From IMG/VR virus record IMGVR_UViG_3300020202_000079, positions 215 through 64,214 of that record: a DNA stretch of 64,000 bases. One strand, given 5' to 3'. Numbering within the stretch: position 1 is the stretch's first letter; each line of letters starts with the position of its first letter. The translations under genes and the position numbers were made by a program. Below are positions 53,019 to 61,551 of this stretch, in pieces. A model generated the notes under the pieces. It ran no database searches and was not told the origin of the DNA. It was given only the letters and a program-made list of their open reading frames with translations. The DNA is from a virus.

Positions 53019-55643
53019 ATGAACGCGACCGTCGCCGCGCCTCTCGATCCCTATCTCGATTTCCTCCGCGGCAAGATCAAGCTGGCCGAGCTCGCCGGCT
53101 TCCATGTCGAGCTGGACGAGATCAACCCGGCGCTCGCCCCACATTGCCGCGCGATCGTGAGGTGGGCCGCGGCCGGCGGCTGCCGCGCGATCTTTGCCAG
53201 CTTCGGGCTGCACAAGACCTCGATCCAGATCGAGCTCATGCGGCTGATCGGCAAGCGCTTCCGCGGGCCGCGCCTGATCGTGATCCCGCTCGGCGTGCGG
53301 CACGAGTTCTTCGCCGAGGTCGCGGAACGCTTCACCGGGGAGCATGCCGCGACGCTGCGCTTCGTGCGGCGCGACAGCGATATCGACTGGGCCGACGATT
53401 CCGTCATCTGGCTCGCCAATTACGAGAGCGTGCGCGACGGCAAGATCGACCTGTCGCGCTTCGTCGCCGCCTCGCTCGACGAGGCGGCAGTGCTGCGCGG
53501 CTACGGCACCAAGACCTTCCAGACCTTCCTGCCGCTGTTCGACAAGGTGCGCTTCAAGTTCGTCGCGACCGCCACGCCCTCGCCGAACCGCACCAAGGAG
53601 CTGATCCACTATGCTGGCTTCCTCGGCATCATGGACACCGGCCAGGCGCTGACGCGCTTCTTCCAGCGCAACTCGGAGACGGCCGGCGACCTGACGCTAT
53701 ACCCGCACAAGGTCGACGAGTTCTGGCTGTGGGTGCACAGCTGGGCCGTCTTCCTGCAGAGCCCGGCCGATCTCGGCTTTCCCGATGAGGGGTACCGGCT
53801 GCCGCCGCTCGAGGTGCGCTGGCACGAGGTGCCAATCGACCACTCCACCGCCGGCGTCGACCGCGACGGGCAAGGCCTGCTGTTGCGAAACACCGCGCTG
53901 GGCTTGAGCCAGGCCGCCGCGGCCAAGCGCGACAGCCTGCCGGCGCGGATCGAGAAGATGAAGGCACTGATCGCCGAGGATCCTGCGGCGCACCGGGTGC
54001 TGTGGCACGACCTCGAGGCGGAGCGCGAGGCGATCGAGGCGACGGTGCCCGGCGTGCGCTCGATCTACGGCAGCCAAGACCTGGACGCGAACGAAGAGAA
54101 CGCCGTCGGCTTCAAGGAAGGGCGGTTCGCCTTCTTGGCCACGAAGCCGGAGATGAGCGGCGCCGGCAACAATTTCCAGAAACACTGCCACCACGCCATC
54201 TTCGTCGGCATCGGCTTCAAGTTTCACGACTTCATCCAGGCGGTGCATCGCATCGTGCGCTTCGGGCAGCATCACGCCTGCCGCATCGACATCATCTACT
54301 CGGAAGCCGAGCGGGAGGTGCGCAAGAGCCTCGAAGGCAAGTGGGCCGAGCACGATTCCATGATGGGCCGCATGGCGGAGATCATCCGCCGCTACGGGCT
54401 CGCAGGCCTGCCGGCCGAAGATTTGCTAACGCGCTCGATCGGGGTCATGCGGCGGGTCGAGGAAGGCCAGTTCTTCCGCGTCGCGCACAATGACGCGGTC
54501 GAGGAGGCGAAGCTGACGGCGGACGCGTCAGTCGGGCAGATCGTGACCTCGATCCCGTTCGCCAACCATTTCGAATATTGCGCCAGCTACAATGATTTCG
54601 GCCACACCGAAGACAATGGCCATTTCTGGCGGCAGATGGATTTCCTGACGCCGGAGCTCTACCGGATCCTGCAGCCGGGGCGGCTCGCCTGCATCCACGT
54701 CAAGGACCGGGTGCTGTTCGGCAACGTGACCGGCGAGGGCGTGCCGACCATCTCGCCCTTCCACGCCGAAGCGATCTTCCACTACCTCGCCCACGGCTTC
54801 CAGTATTTCGGCATGATCACCGTCGTCACCGACGTGGTGCGCGAGAACAACCAGACCTATCGGCTCAGCTATTCGGAGATGATGAAGGACGCCACCAAGA
54901 TGGGCGTCGGCTGTCCCGAATACGTGCTCATCTTCCGCCGGCCGCAAAGCGACCAGAGCAAGGGCTATGCCGACCTGCCGGTGGTGCATGACAAGCCGCT
55001 GGTGATCGCCGCCGACGGCAGCCGGCAGCGCTGGAGCGACGGCGACAAGCGCAGCCAAGTGCCGGACAGCGGCTATACGCTGGCGCGCTGGCAGCTCGAC
55101 GCGCATGCCTTCTGGCCGTCATCCGGCAACCGGCTCCTGACCACGGCCGAGCTGGTGAAGCTCGGCAGCAAGTCGACATCGGCTCTGTTCAAGCGCCTCT
55201 TCGAGGATGGCGGAGGCCCTTACGATTTCGCCGCACATGTGCGGCTCGGCGAGGAGCTGGCCGAGCGCGACAATCTGTCGAAGACCTACATGACGCTCGA
55301 CCCGCCGTCGAAACATCCGGCGGTGTGGACCGACATCGTGCGCATGTTCACGCTGAACGGGCAGCAGGCGCAGAAGAACCTCGAGAAGCATGTCTGCCCG
55401 TTGCAGTTCGACATCGTCGACCGGCTGATCGAGCGCTACTCGAACCCGGGCGAGACGATCTACGACCCGTTCGGCGGGCTGATGACGGTGCCCTACCGGG
55501 CGATCCTGAAGGGCCGGCGCGGGCAGGCCTCGGAACTCTCCGCCACCTATTTCCATGACGGGCTCAATTACTGCCGCCAGGCCGAAGCCAAGGTCGCGGT
55601 GCCCGACATGTTCGCGGCGCTGGAAGCGGAGGCAGCGGCATGA
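53019..55643 (+). CDS. SNF2-like helicase fused to DNA methyltransferase
   Basis: FASFGLHKT, LDEA, TATPSPN, QAVHRIVRFGQ; IVTSIPF, HVCPLQFD, YDPFGGLMT. Confidence 0.85.
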   Translation: MNATVAAPLDPYLDFLRGKIKLAELAGFHVELDEINPALAPHCRAIVRWAAAGGCRAIFASFGLHKTSIQIELMRLIGKRFRGPRLIVIPLGVRHEFFAEVAERFTGEHAATLRFVRRDSDIDWADDSVIWLANYESVRDGKIDLSRFVAASLDEAAVLRGYGTKTFQTFLPLFDKVRFKFVATATPSPNRTKELIHYAGFLGIMDTGQALTRFFQRNSETAGDLTLYPHKVDEFWLWVHSWAVFLQSPADLGFPDEGYRLPPLEVRWHEVPIDHSTAGVDRDGQGLLLRNTALGLSQAAAAKRDSLPARIEKMKALIAEDPAAHRVLWHDLEAEREAIEATVPGVRSIYGSQDLDANEENAVGFKEGRFAFLATKPEMSGAGNNFQKHCHHAIFVGIGFKFHDFIQAVHRIVRFGQHHACRIDIIYSEAEREVRKSLEGKWAEHDSMMGRMAEIIRRYGLAGLPAEDLLTRSIGVMRRVEEGQFFRVAHNDAVEEAKLTADASVGQIVTSIPFANHFEYCASYNDFGHTEDNGHFWRQMDFLTPELYRILQPGRLACIHVKDRVLFGNVTGEGVPTISPFHAEAIFHYLAHGFQYFGMITVVTDVVRENNQTYRLSYSEMMKDATKMGVGCPEYVLIFRRPQSDQSKGYADLPVVHDKPLVIAADGSRQRWSDGDKRSQVPDSGYTLARWQLDAHAFWPSSGNRLLTTAELVKLGSKSTSALFKRLFEDGGGPYDFAAHVRLGEELAERDNLSKTYMTLDPPSKHPAVWTDIVRMFTLNGQQAQKNLEKHVCPLQFDIVDRLIERYSNPGETIYDPFGGLMTVPYRAILKGRRGQASELSATYFHDGLNYCRQAEAKVAVPDMFAALEAEAAA

Positions 55644-55894
55644 AGCCCGACTTTTCGCCCGAGATGCTGCGGTTCTTCCTGCATGCGCGCTACCGCCATT
55701 CGGGCAGCGAGGCGCCGGCGGCGAAGGCGCTCAACTGGCTGCGCAAGGCGGCCGGCGTCGACGTCTACGACATGCGCGCGGCGATCGCCGGGCACCTGAC
55801 CAGGGCCAAGCCGCGCGTGCGGCTGTGGGGCGCGCTCGGCCATGTGGTGGCCGACCATGGAATTACCCTGACGGATGATGGAGGGCAGCGCTGA
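55640..55894 (+). CDS. Hypothetical protein
   Basis: PDFSPEMLRFFL...LW.ALG; coupled. Confidence 0.65.
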   Translation: MKPDFSPEMLRFFLHARYRHSGSEAPAAKALNWLRKAAGVDVYDMRAAIAGHLTRAKPRVRLWGALGHVVADHGITLTDDGGQR

Positions 55895-56160
55895 TGCGGG
55901 CCGGCTTCGACTGGCGGCGCTTTGGCCGCGACGTGCGCAAGGGCATTGCAGGGCGGGCGCTGAGGCCGCTCGCCGAAGAGGTGGGCGTAACTTCGACCGA
56001 TCTCTCGCGCGCCTCATCCGGAACCAATGTCAGCATCGAGAAGGTGCTCGCCATGTGCGACGCATTCGGGCTCTCGGCGCGGCGCTATTACCAGAAGCCG
56101 AGCCCTGAAAAATCAGCACGTTGCACCTCCGCTCACGTGAAACAGGAGGCGCGCGCATGA
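55894..56160 (+). CDS. XRE-like HTH protein
   Basis: LRPLAEEVGVTSTDLSRA..G..VSIEKVLAMC. Confidence 0.7.
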   Translation: MRAGFDWRRFGRDVRKGIAGRALRPLAEEVGVTSTDLSRASSGTNVSIEKVLAMCDAFGLSARRYYQKPSPEKSARCTSAHVKQEARA

Positions 56161-56747
56161 ACGGCTTGGCCGGTTTTCCAGCCCAGCAGGCGTGGGTGTG
56201 CGGGCTGTCGATCATGCAGCAATCGGTGCTGTTCGCCGCGGTGAGAGCGCCAGACGGCATCCGCAAGGATCATCCGGTCAAGGTGCTGTTGCGCTGGTAC
56301 CGGCGCTGCGTCCTCGTCTCGGCCTTCGACGGCAAGGCCCTGACCGACCCCTTCGTCGGCGGCGGGGGCAGCTTCACCGGTCCCTACGACATGCACCACG
56401 CCGCGGCCTTCGACCCGGCGCTGACGCCGAGCGAGCGGCGTGCGCTCGCATATGGCGATGTCGCAGTCTGGGATCGGCTGCGGGTGAATTCGTTCGACGG
56501 GCAGCGGGACACCTATCTCCGTCACGTCGACGAGCTGCCGCACCACTTCCAGCTGCATTTCATGCATGCCGCCGAGATCGTCGGCTACAAGCATCCCGAC
56601 CTGGCCATCAGGAACTGGTGGCGGGACTTTTACGAAGCGCTCGTGAACGACGCGCATCTGTTTCCCGAAACCGAGGAGCAGATGGATGAGCGGCTGAGCG
56701 ACTGCGAGGCTGCGTGGCGCGCTCGTGAGTCGGTGGTGGCGCGATGA
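56157..56747 (+). CDS. Conserved-looking hypothetical protein
   Basis: QQSVL..AVRAPDG, LPHHFQLHFMHAAEIVGYKHP. Confidence 0.75.
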   Translation: MNGLAGFPAQQAWVCGLSIMQQSVLFAAVRAPDGIRKDHPVKVLLRWYRRCVLVSAFDGKALTDPFVGGGGSFTGPYDMHHAAAFDPALTPSERRALAYGDVAVWDRLRVNSFDGQRDTYLRHVDELPHHFQLHFMHAAEIVGYKHPDLAIRNWWRDFYEALVNDAHLFPETEEQMDERLSDCEAAWRARESVVAR

Positions 56748-57043
56748 GCGGCGAAGCCCACTGCACCGACAGCCTGCTGCCGATCATCGCGCAGATGCAC
56801 AATGCGGCCGACGACCGCGCACGCGCGGCGGTGCTGCTCGCCGTCTCCGATGCGATCCTGTGCAAATACCGGACTGTGTTCGACCAGGCCTGCCAGCGCG
56901 CGGCCTTCGACCTCGGCCGAAAATTCATCGAGATGCGGCGGGCCGAATGGTGTGCCAAGCGCGGGCGTGACGGACGGCATACCAATCCACTGTTCGAGCA
57001 GGTGCGGGCCGAGTTCGCTGCGTTTGCCGCGGGAGGCGCCTGA
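56744..57043 (+). CDS. Hypothetical protein
   Basis: ATGA-coupled. Confidence 0.6.
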   Translation: MSGEAHCTDSLLPIIAQMHNAADDRARAAVLLAVSDAILCKYRTVFDQACQRAAFDLGRKFIEMRRAEWCAKRGRDGRHTNPLFEQVRAEFAAFAAGGA

Positions 57044-57046
57044 GCC

Positions 57047-57649
57047 ATGGCGCGGGTCTCCTACGATCCGGAAGGCGACGTCAAGCTGCGGCGGGAGCGG
57101 GGCGGCCTGGATGCCGAGCTCAGCCGGATCTGCCGGCGCGAGGAAGCGCGCGCGCGAAAGTCGTGGAATGTGCTCAGCTCGCCCGACGCGCCGCTGCCGC
57201 CCGGGCGCCAGGCATCGGCGCCGCGCGACGAGCAGGCGGCGGCACTGGCGCTGATCCACGACGCTGTGCGCGCCGGGCAGCAGCAGATCGCCGCCGCGCA
57301 CGCTGCGGCGAGAAAGCGAATCGCGGCCGCTCGCATCGAGGCGCAGGCGCTCCTCGCCACGCTGCCCGACTTCGCCGCGCTCGAGGCCGCGCCGGCGAAG
57401 CGCGGCAAGAGCGCCGGTCGCGCCATGCGCGAGGCTGCCGACCGGCGTGGCGTTCCGGTGGCGGCAATCATCAGCGCCTCGAAGAGCCCGGTGGCGAGGC
57501 TCGCACGCCTGGAGGCGGTTCTCGGTGTCGTGGACGCCTGCCCGGGGCTCTCCCGCGAGCAACTGGGGAAATTGTTCAAGCGCTCGGGCGAAACCTTCTC
57601 GCGGCTCTACCGTGAGGCGCTCGAAGCGCGGCGGAGAGGCGAGATATGA
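57047..57649 (+). CDS. Coiled coil plus DnaA domain IV-like HTH
   Basis: EAADRRGVPVAAIIS...ARLEAV......PGLSREQLGKLFKR. Confidence 0.55.
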   Translation: MARVSYDPEGDVKLRRERGGLDAELSRICRREEARARKSWNVLSSPDAPLPPGRQASAPRDEQAAALALIHDAVRAGQQQIAAAHAAARKRIAAARIEAQALLATLPDFAALEAAPAKRGKSAGRAMREAADRRGVPVAAIISASKSPVARLARLEAVLGVVDACPGLSREQLGKLFKRSGETFSRLYREALEARRRGEI

Positions 57650-58068
57650 GCCTGCCGCGCGCCATGCATGTCGGACGGCAGCCGGACGATCCGCGCACAC
57701 TGTTCGTGATCTTCGACCGCGAGCCGACCGACGACGAGATGGAAGCGGTGCACGCGCTGCTGCGCGAGGCGGCGGACGAGGGTGCGGGCCCAAGGCCCTT
57801 CGCGCCGCTCGAGGCCTATGCCGACGCGGAGACGGGCGGGAAGAACCATGCGGCCGAAGCCGCGATGAAATGCGGCGACCCGGCCTTCAAGCGCTTCCTG
57901 ATGGAACGGCACGGGCTGGAAAGCCCGGCCACCGACGAGCGCGCCACGCAGAAGCTGCGCAGCCTGCTCGGCATCACCAGCCGGCGCGAGCTCAACCATG
58001 GCGGGCTGTCAGCTGAAGCCTGGGTGCGGCTGCGCCGGGAGTTCGAGGCGTGGAGGCGCGCGGGATGA
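57646..58068 (+). CDS. Hypothetical protein
   Basis: AAMKCGDPAFKRFL...LRSLLGITSRRELN. Confidence 0.7.
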   Translation: MSLPRAMHVGRQPDDPRTLFVIFDREPTDDEMEAVHALLREAADEGAGPRPFAPLEAYADAETGGKNHAAEAAMKCGDPAFKRFLMERHGLESPATDERATQKLRSLLGITSRRELNHGGLSAEAWVRLRREFEAWRRAG

Positions 58069-58250
58069 AGCGGGACCGTGCCTTCCTGATCTTCTACGCC
58101 CGCGTGCTCTTGCGCGAATGCGCAGCCCGGCGGGGCAGCAATGACTTTTACTGGATGCTGTTCGACGGTGCGCAACGGGCGCGACGTGAAGTCAAGGCGC
58201 TGTCGCGTCAGCCGCGCCAGCTCCGTCTTTTCGGGGAGGTCGCGGCTTGA
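58065..58250 (+). CDS. Small hypothetical protein
   Basis: ATGA-coupled, ends QLRLFGEVAA. Confidence 0.6.
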   Translation: MKRDRAFLIFYARVLLRECAARRGSNDFYWMLFDGAQRARREVKALSRQPRQLRLFGEVAA

Positions 58251-60610
58251 ACGCACAATTCATGCTCGAAGCCCCGGCCCAGAGGGGCAAGCCGCTGCCG
58301 TGCCTGCCGGCGCGCGGGCGCATGCGGCCGGGCAGGCAGCATCGGCTTCCAGTCGCCCCGCCGCCTCTTTGCGGCCCGCGCAAGGTGGCCGTGGTCGACA
58401 GCTTCGCCGGCGGTGGCGGGGCATCGAACGGCATCGAGCTGGCGCTCGAAATCCTGTCGCGCATGGGCCTGCTGCCGGCCGGGCACGACACGCTGGTGCA
58501 CTACGCCATCAACCATGACGAGCCGGCGCTCGCCATGCACGAAGCCAACCATCCGCGCACCAAACACCTTCCCCACAATGTGTGGAAAGTGTCGCTGCGC
58601 GAGATCCTGGGCGACAATTTCTTCGGCCTGCTCTGGCTCTCGCCGGACTGCCGCGACCATTCGCCGGCCAAGGGCGGCCCGATCACCTCGCGCTCGGTGC
58701 GCGATCTTGCCTGGGTGCTGGTGCGCTGGCTGAAGGAACTGCCGGACTGGCAGCGGCCATGGTGCATCTTTCTCGAAAACGTTCCGGCCTTCTCCAAGTG
58801 GAGCCCGCTGGTCGAGCGGGCCGACGGCAAGGGTTACGAGCGCGACAGGAGCCGCGAGGGCGAGATATTCCATCGTTTCGTGCGCACGGTCTGCAAGCAG
58901 TTCGGCTATTCGGCCGGCTGGCACGAGGAGATGTCCTGCCGGCACGGCGACCCGACCATCCGCAAGAGGCTCTACCTGGTGTTCCGCCGCGATGGGGAGC
59001 GGGTCGAGTTTCCCGACCAGACGCACGGCGACCCGAAATCTGAAGCCGTGAAATGCGGCAAGCTCAAGCCCTGGCCCGTCGCCGCCGACATCATCGACTT
59101 CTCGCTGGACTGCCCGTCGATCTTCATGACCAAGGCGGAAGCCCGCGATTATACACGCCGGACCGGAAAGCGGCTGATCCGGCCGCTCGCCTTCAAGACC
59201 GACGCGCGGCTGGCCAAGGGCGTGAAGCGGCATGTGATCGATGCCGGCGACGAGGCCTTCGTGGCGACCTGCAACCATGCCGGCGACGGGTTCCGCGGGC
59301 AACCGCTCGGCGAGCCGTTCGCCACCGTCGCCAGGGCGCGGGACGCGCACGGTCTCGTCCTGCCGCACGTTGCGGTGTTTCGCGGCGACAGCGACGGCAG
59401 GCCGGTGACGGCGCCGGCGCCGACCGCGACGGCCAACAGCTTCATCAAGCGGCCTGGCGGCGCCTCGCCTCTGGGCGTGGTCGAGACGTCGGCGGTGCCG
59501 TTCGTCAGCCGCGGCCAGCATGGTGGCGGCAACCGGCCGGCCGGCGAGCCGCTGCACACGATCGCCGCGTCTGACGGCGACACCAACCAGATCGCCCAAG
59601 CGGTGATCGCTCCCTTCGTGGCTGTCCAGAACAATGACACGAAGCCGGACGGCGCGCAGTATCACCGGGCGGGCCGGGCTGTGACACAGCCGCTGGGAGC
59701 CGCGACGACATCGCCGACGCATTCGCTCGCAGTGCCCTATCTGGTGCCTCGCTACGGCGAGCGTGAGGGGCAGGAGCCGCGATCGCTCCCGATCGACCGG
59801 CCGATGCCGACCCCGGTGCCGGACGGCAACCAGGGCAGCCTCGCGGCCGTCTATCTGGCGCAGCACAATACGGGTGAGGAAGGGCACTCGGCCGGCCGTC
59901 CGGTCTCGACCATCGTGCAGAAGGGCTGCACGCAAGGCGTCGTCGCGGCCTCGATCGTGGAGATGCACGGCCGCTCGGACGCGCGCCCGGCCGGCGATCC
60001 GCTTTCGGCCGCCACCGGCACCAGCGCGCACGGTTTGATGGCGGCGCACATGCTGTCGCTGAAGGGCAGCGATCGCCGCGACGGGCCGTGCACCGATGCG
60101 CACGATTCGATCTGTGCCGGTGGCCAGCACTCCGCCGTGGTGACGCTGCCGCTGGTGACGGCGTACTTCGGTCAAAGTGTCGCTTCGCCGGCCGATGAAC
60201 CGCTGGGGGTCGCGGGAACGAAGGACCGCTTCGCGGCGACTCAAGTCGAGGCGGCCGTTCCGCCGCTCTCCGAGCGACAGCTCGCCCGCGCCCGCCAGGT
60301 CGCGGAGTTCCTCCGCTTCCACGGCTGCTGGGACGGCGGCGACTTCGTCACCGTCATCATCCGAGGCGTCACCTTCATCATCGTCGACATCGGAATGCGC
60401 ATGCTCACGCCGCGCGAGCTCGCACGCGCGCAGAGCTTCCCCGATTCCTACGTGCTTGACCCGATCGTGAACGGAAAGAGGCTCTCCGAGACCGAGCAGC
60501 GCCACAAGATCGGCAACTCGGTCACGCGCTTCACCGCCGCGGCGCACATCGTCGCCAATTACCGCCCGCCGCTGTCATGGGGCGAGCAGGAATATCGGGA
60601 GGCGGCTTAG
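58247..60610 (+). CDS. C5-cytosine DNA methyltransferase, long form
   Basis: DSFAGGGG, SPDC, ENV, PTIRKRL, RMLTPRELARAQSFP, IGNSV; TTG start. Confidence 0.9.
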   Translation: MNAQFMLEAPAQRGKPLPCLPARGRMRPGRQHRLPVAPPPLCGPRKVAVVDSFAGGGGASNGIELALEILSRMGLLPAGHDTLVHYAINHDEPALAMHEANHPRTKHLPHNVWKVSLREILGDNFFGLLWLSPDCRDHSPAKGGPITSRSVRDLAWVLVRWLKELPDWQRPWCIFLENVPAFSKWSPLVERADGKGYERDRSREGEIFHRFVRTVCKQFGYSAGWHEEMSCRHGDPTIRKRLYLVFRRDGERVEFPDQTHGDPKSEAVKCGKLKPWPVAADIIDFSLDCPSIFMTKAEARDYTRRTGKRLIRPLAFKTDARLAKGVKRHVIDAGDEAFVATCNHAGDGFRGQPLGEPFATVARARDAHGLVLPHVAVFRGDSDGRPVTAPAPTATANSFIKRPGGASPLGVVETSAVPFVSRGQHGGGNRPAGEPLHTIAASDGDTNQIAQAVIAPFVAVQNNDTKPDGAQYHRAGRAVTQPLGAATTSPTHSLAVPYLVPRYGEREGQEPRSLPIDRPMPTPVPDGNQGSLAAVYLAQHNTGEEGHSAGRPVSTIVQKGCTQGVVAASIVEMHGRSDARPAGDPLSAATGTSAHGLMAAHMLSLKGSDRRDGPCTDAHDSICAGGQHSAVVTLPLVTAYFGQSVASPADEPLGVAGTKDRFAATQVEAAVPPLSERQLARARQVAEFLRFHGCWDGGDFVTVIIRGVTFIIVDIGMRMLTPRELARAQSFPDSYVLDPIVNGKRLSETEQRHKIGNSVTRFTAAAHIVANYRPPLSWGEQEYREAA

Positions 60611-61033
60611 ATGATTAATCGGCGGGTTCATTCGCTCGACGAGCCTGAGGCTTTTGCCATTGCCACGCGCCTGACGGCGCAGGGCCAGGAAGAAGGTGCC
60701 ATCCCGCGCGATCGCGCGCCGCTGACCGGATGTGAAGACGCCTTCTTCGCCTATGAGGGCGGTACAGTCGTCGGCTGCGCAGTGTTCTGGAATCCGGAAG
60801 GGCGGCCGTTCCTCTACCTCGACATCCTGTTCGTCGCGCCGGAGCACCGCCGGCGTGGCCTGGGTGCTGGGCTCCTGGACGCGGTTGCGGCGGAAGCCGC
60901 TGAGCTGGGTCTGACAGAGATCCATTTCGGCACGATGCTCGCTAATGCGCCGATGCAAGCGCTCGGCCGGAAAGCCGGCTTCGAGACGAAATACGTTGTC
61001 ATGGTGCGCACGCTTGTGGGTGCCGGGGTATGA
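60611..61033 (+). CDS. GNAT acetyltransferase
   Basis: LFVAPEHRRRGLGAGLL, NAPMQALGRKAGF. Confidence 0.85.
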   Translation: MINRRVHSLDEPEAFAIATRLTAQGQEEGAIPRDRAPLTGCEDAFFAYEGGTVVGCAVFWNPEGRPFLYLDILFVAPEHRRRGLGAGLLDAVAAEAAELGLTEIHFGTMLANAPMQALGRKAGFETKYVVMVRTLVGAGV

Positions 61034-61551
61034 CCTCGATCGCCGATTTCGCCGCGTTCCGCGCCTCGCCCAAGAGCAAGAGTGACAAGGTCGTCAGAGA
61101 TGAGGCACTGCAGCCGAATGGTGTTGCCGGCCGGCTCAAGCCGCTGGAAAACACATTCTTCCGGTACAAGCAGATTGCAGGGATCGACCTTACCGATTGC
61201 CTGGTCGAGCGCCTCAGCCCGATGCGGATTCGCATCTGGGAGCCGCTGCTGACCAAGGCACCTTCGCCACCCAAGGCGGCGCCCTTCTGCTGCTACATCC
61301 AGACGGTCATCTTCTACCACTTCCCGCACATCCTGCAGCTGCGGAAGAGCTATTGGCGCGACGCTTCCGGGATCCTGCGCGAGGGCAAACGCGGGTTCGA
61401 GGAATGGGACCAGATCAAGACGCGTTTGACGTCCGACGACGTCGTTGAGTTCGAGGGTGAGCGTTATGTGGTCAATGGTGGGCAGGTTCTCTGGAAGCGC
61501 AGTCGCTGGTGGATGCTTCGCGGCGCCAGACGCGAGGAACGGCAGCGATGA
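61030..61551 (+). CDS. Hypothetical basic/aromatic protein
   Basis: ATGA-coupled both sides. Confidence 0.6.
   Translation: MTSIADFAAFRASPKSKSDKVVRDEALQPNGVAGRLKPLENTFFRYKQIAGIDLTDCLVERLSPMRIRIWEPLLTKAPSPPKAAPFCCYIQTVIFYHFPHILQLRKSYWRDASGILREGKRGFEEWDQIKTRLTSDDVVEFEGERYVVNGGQVLWKRSRWWMLRGARREERQR

Noticed and set aside
58208-60547. 779 aa minus-strand ORF, and similar long ORFs at 15432-17123, 19244-20677, 2252-3253, 36882-38267, 50969-52129, 41585-43411
   Set aside because: Shadow frames opposite well-supported genes in GC-rich DNA; no motifs or SD support
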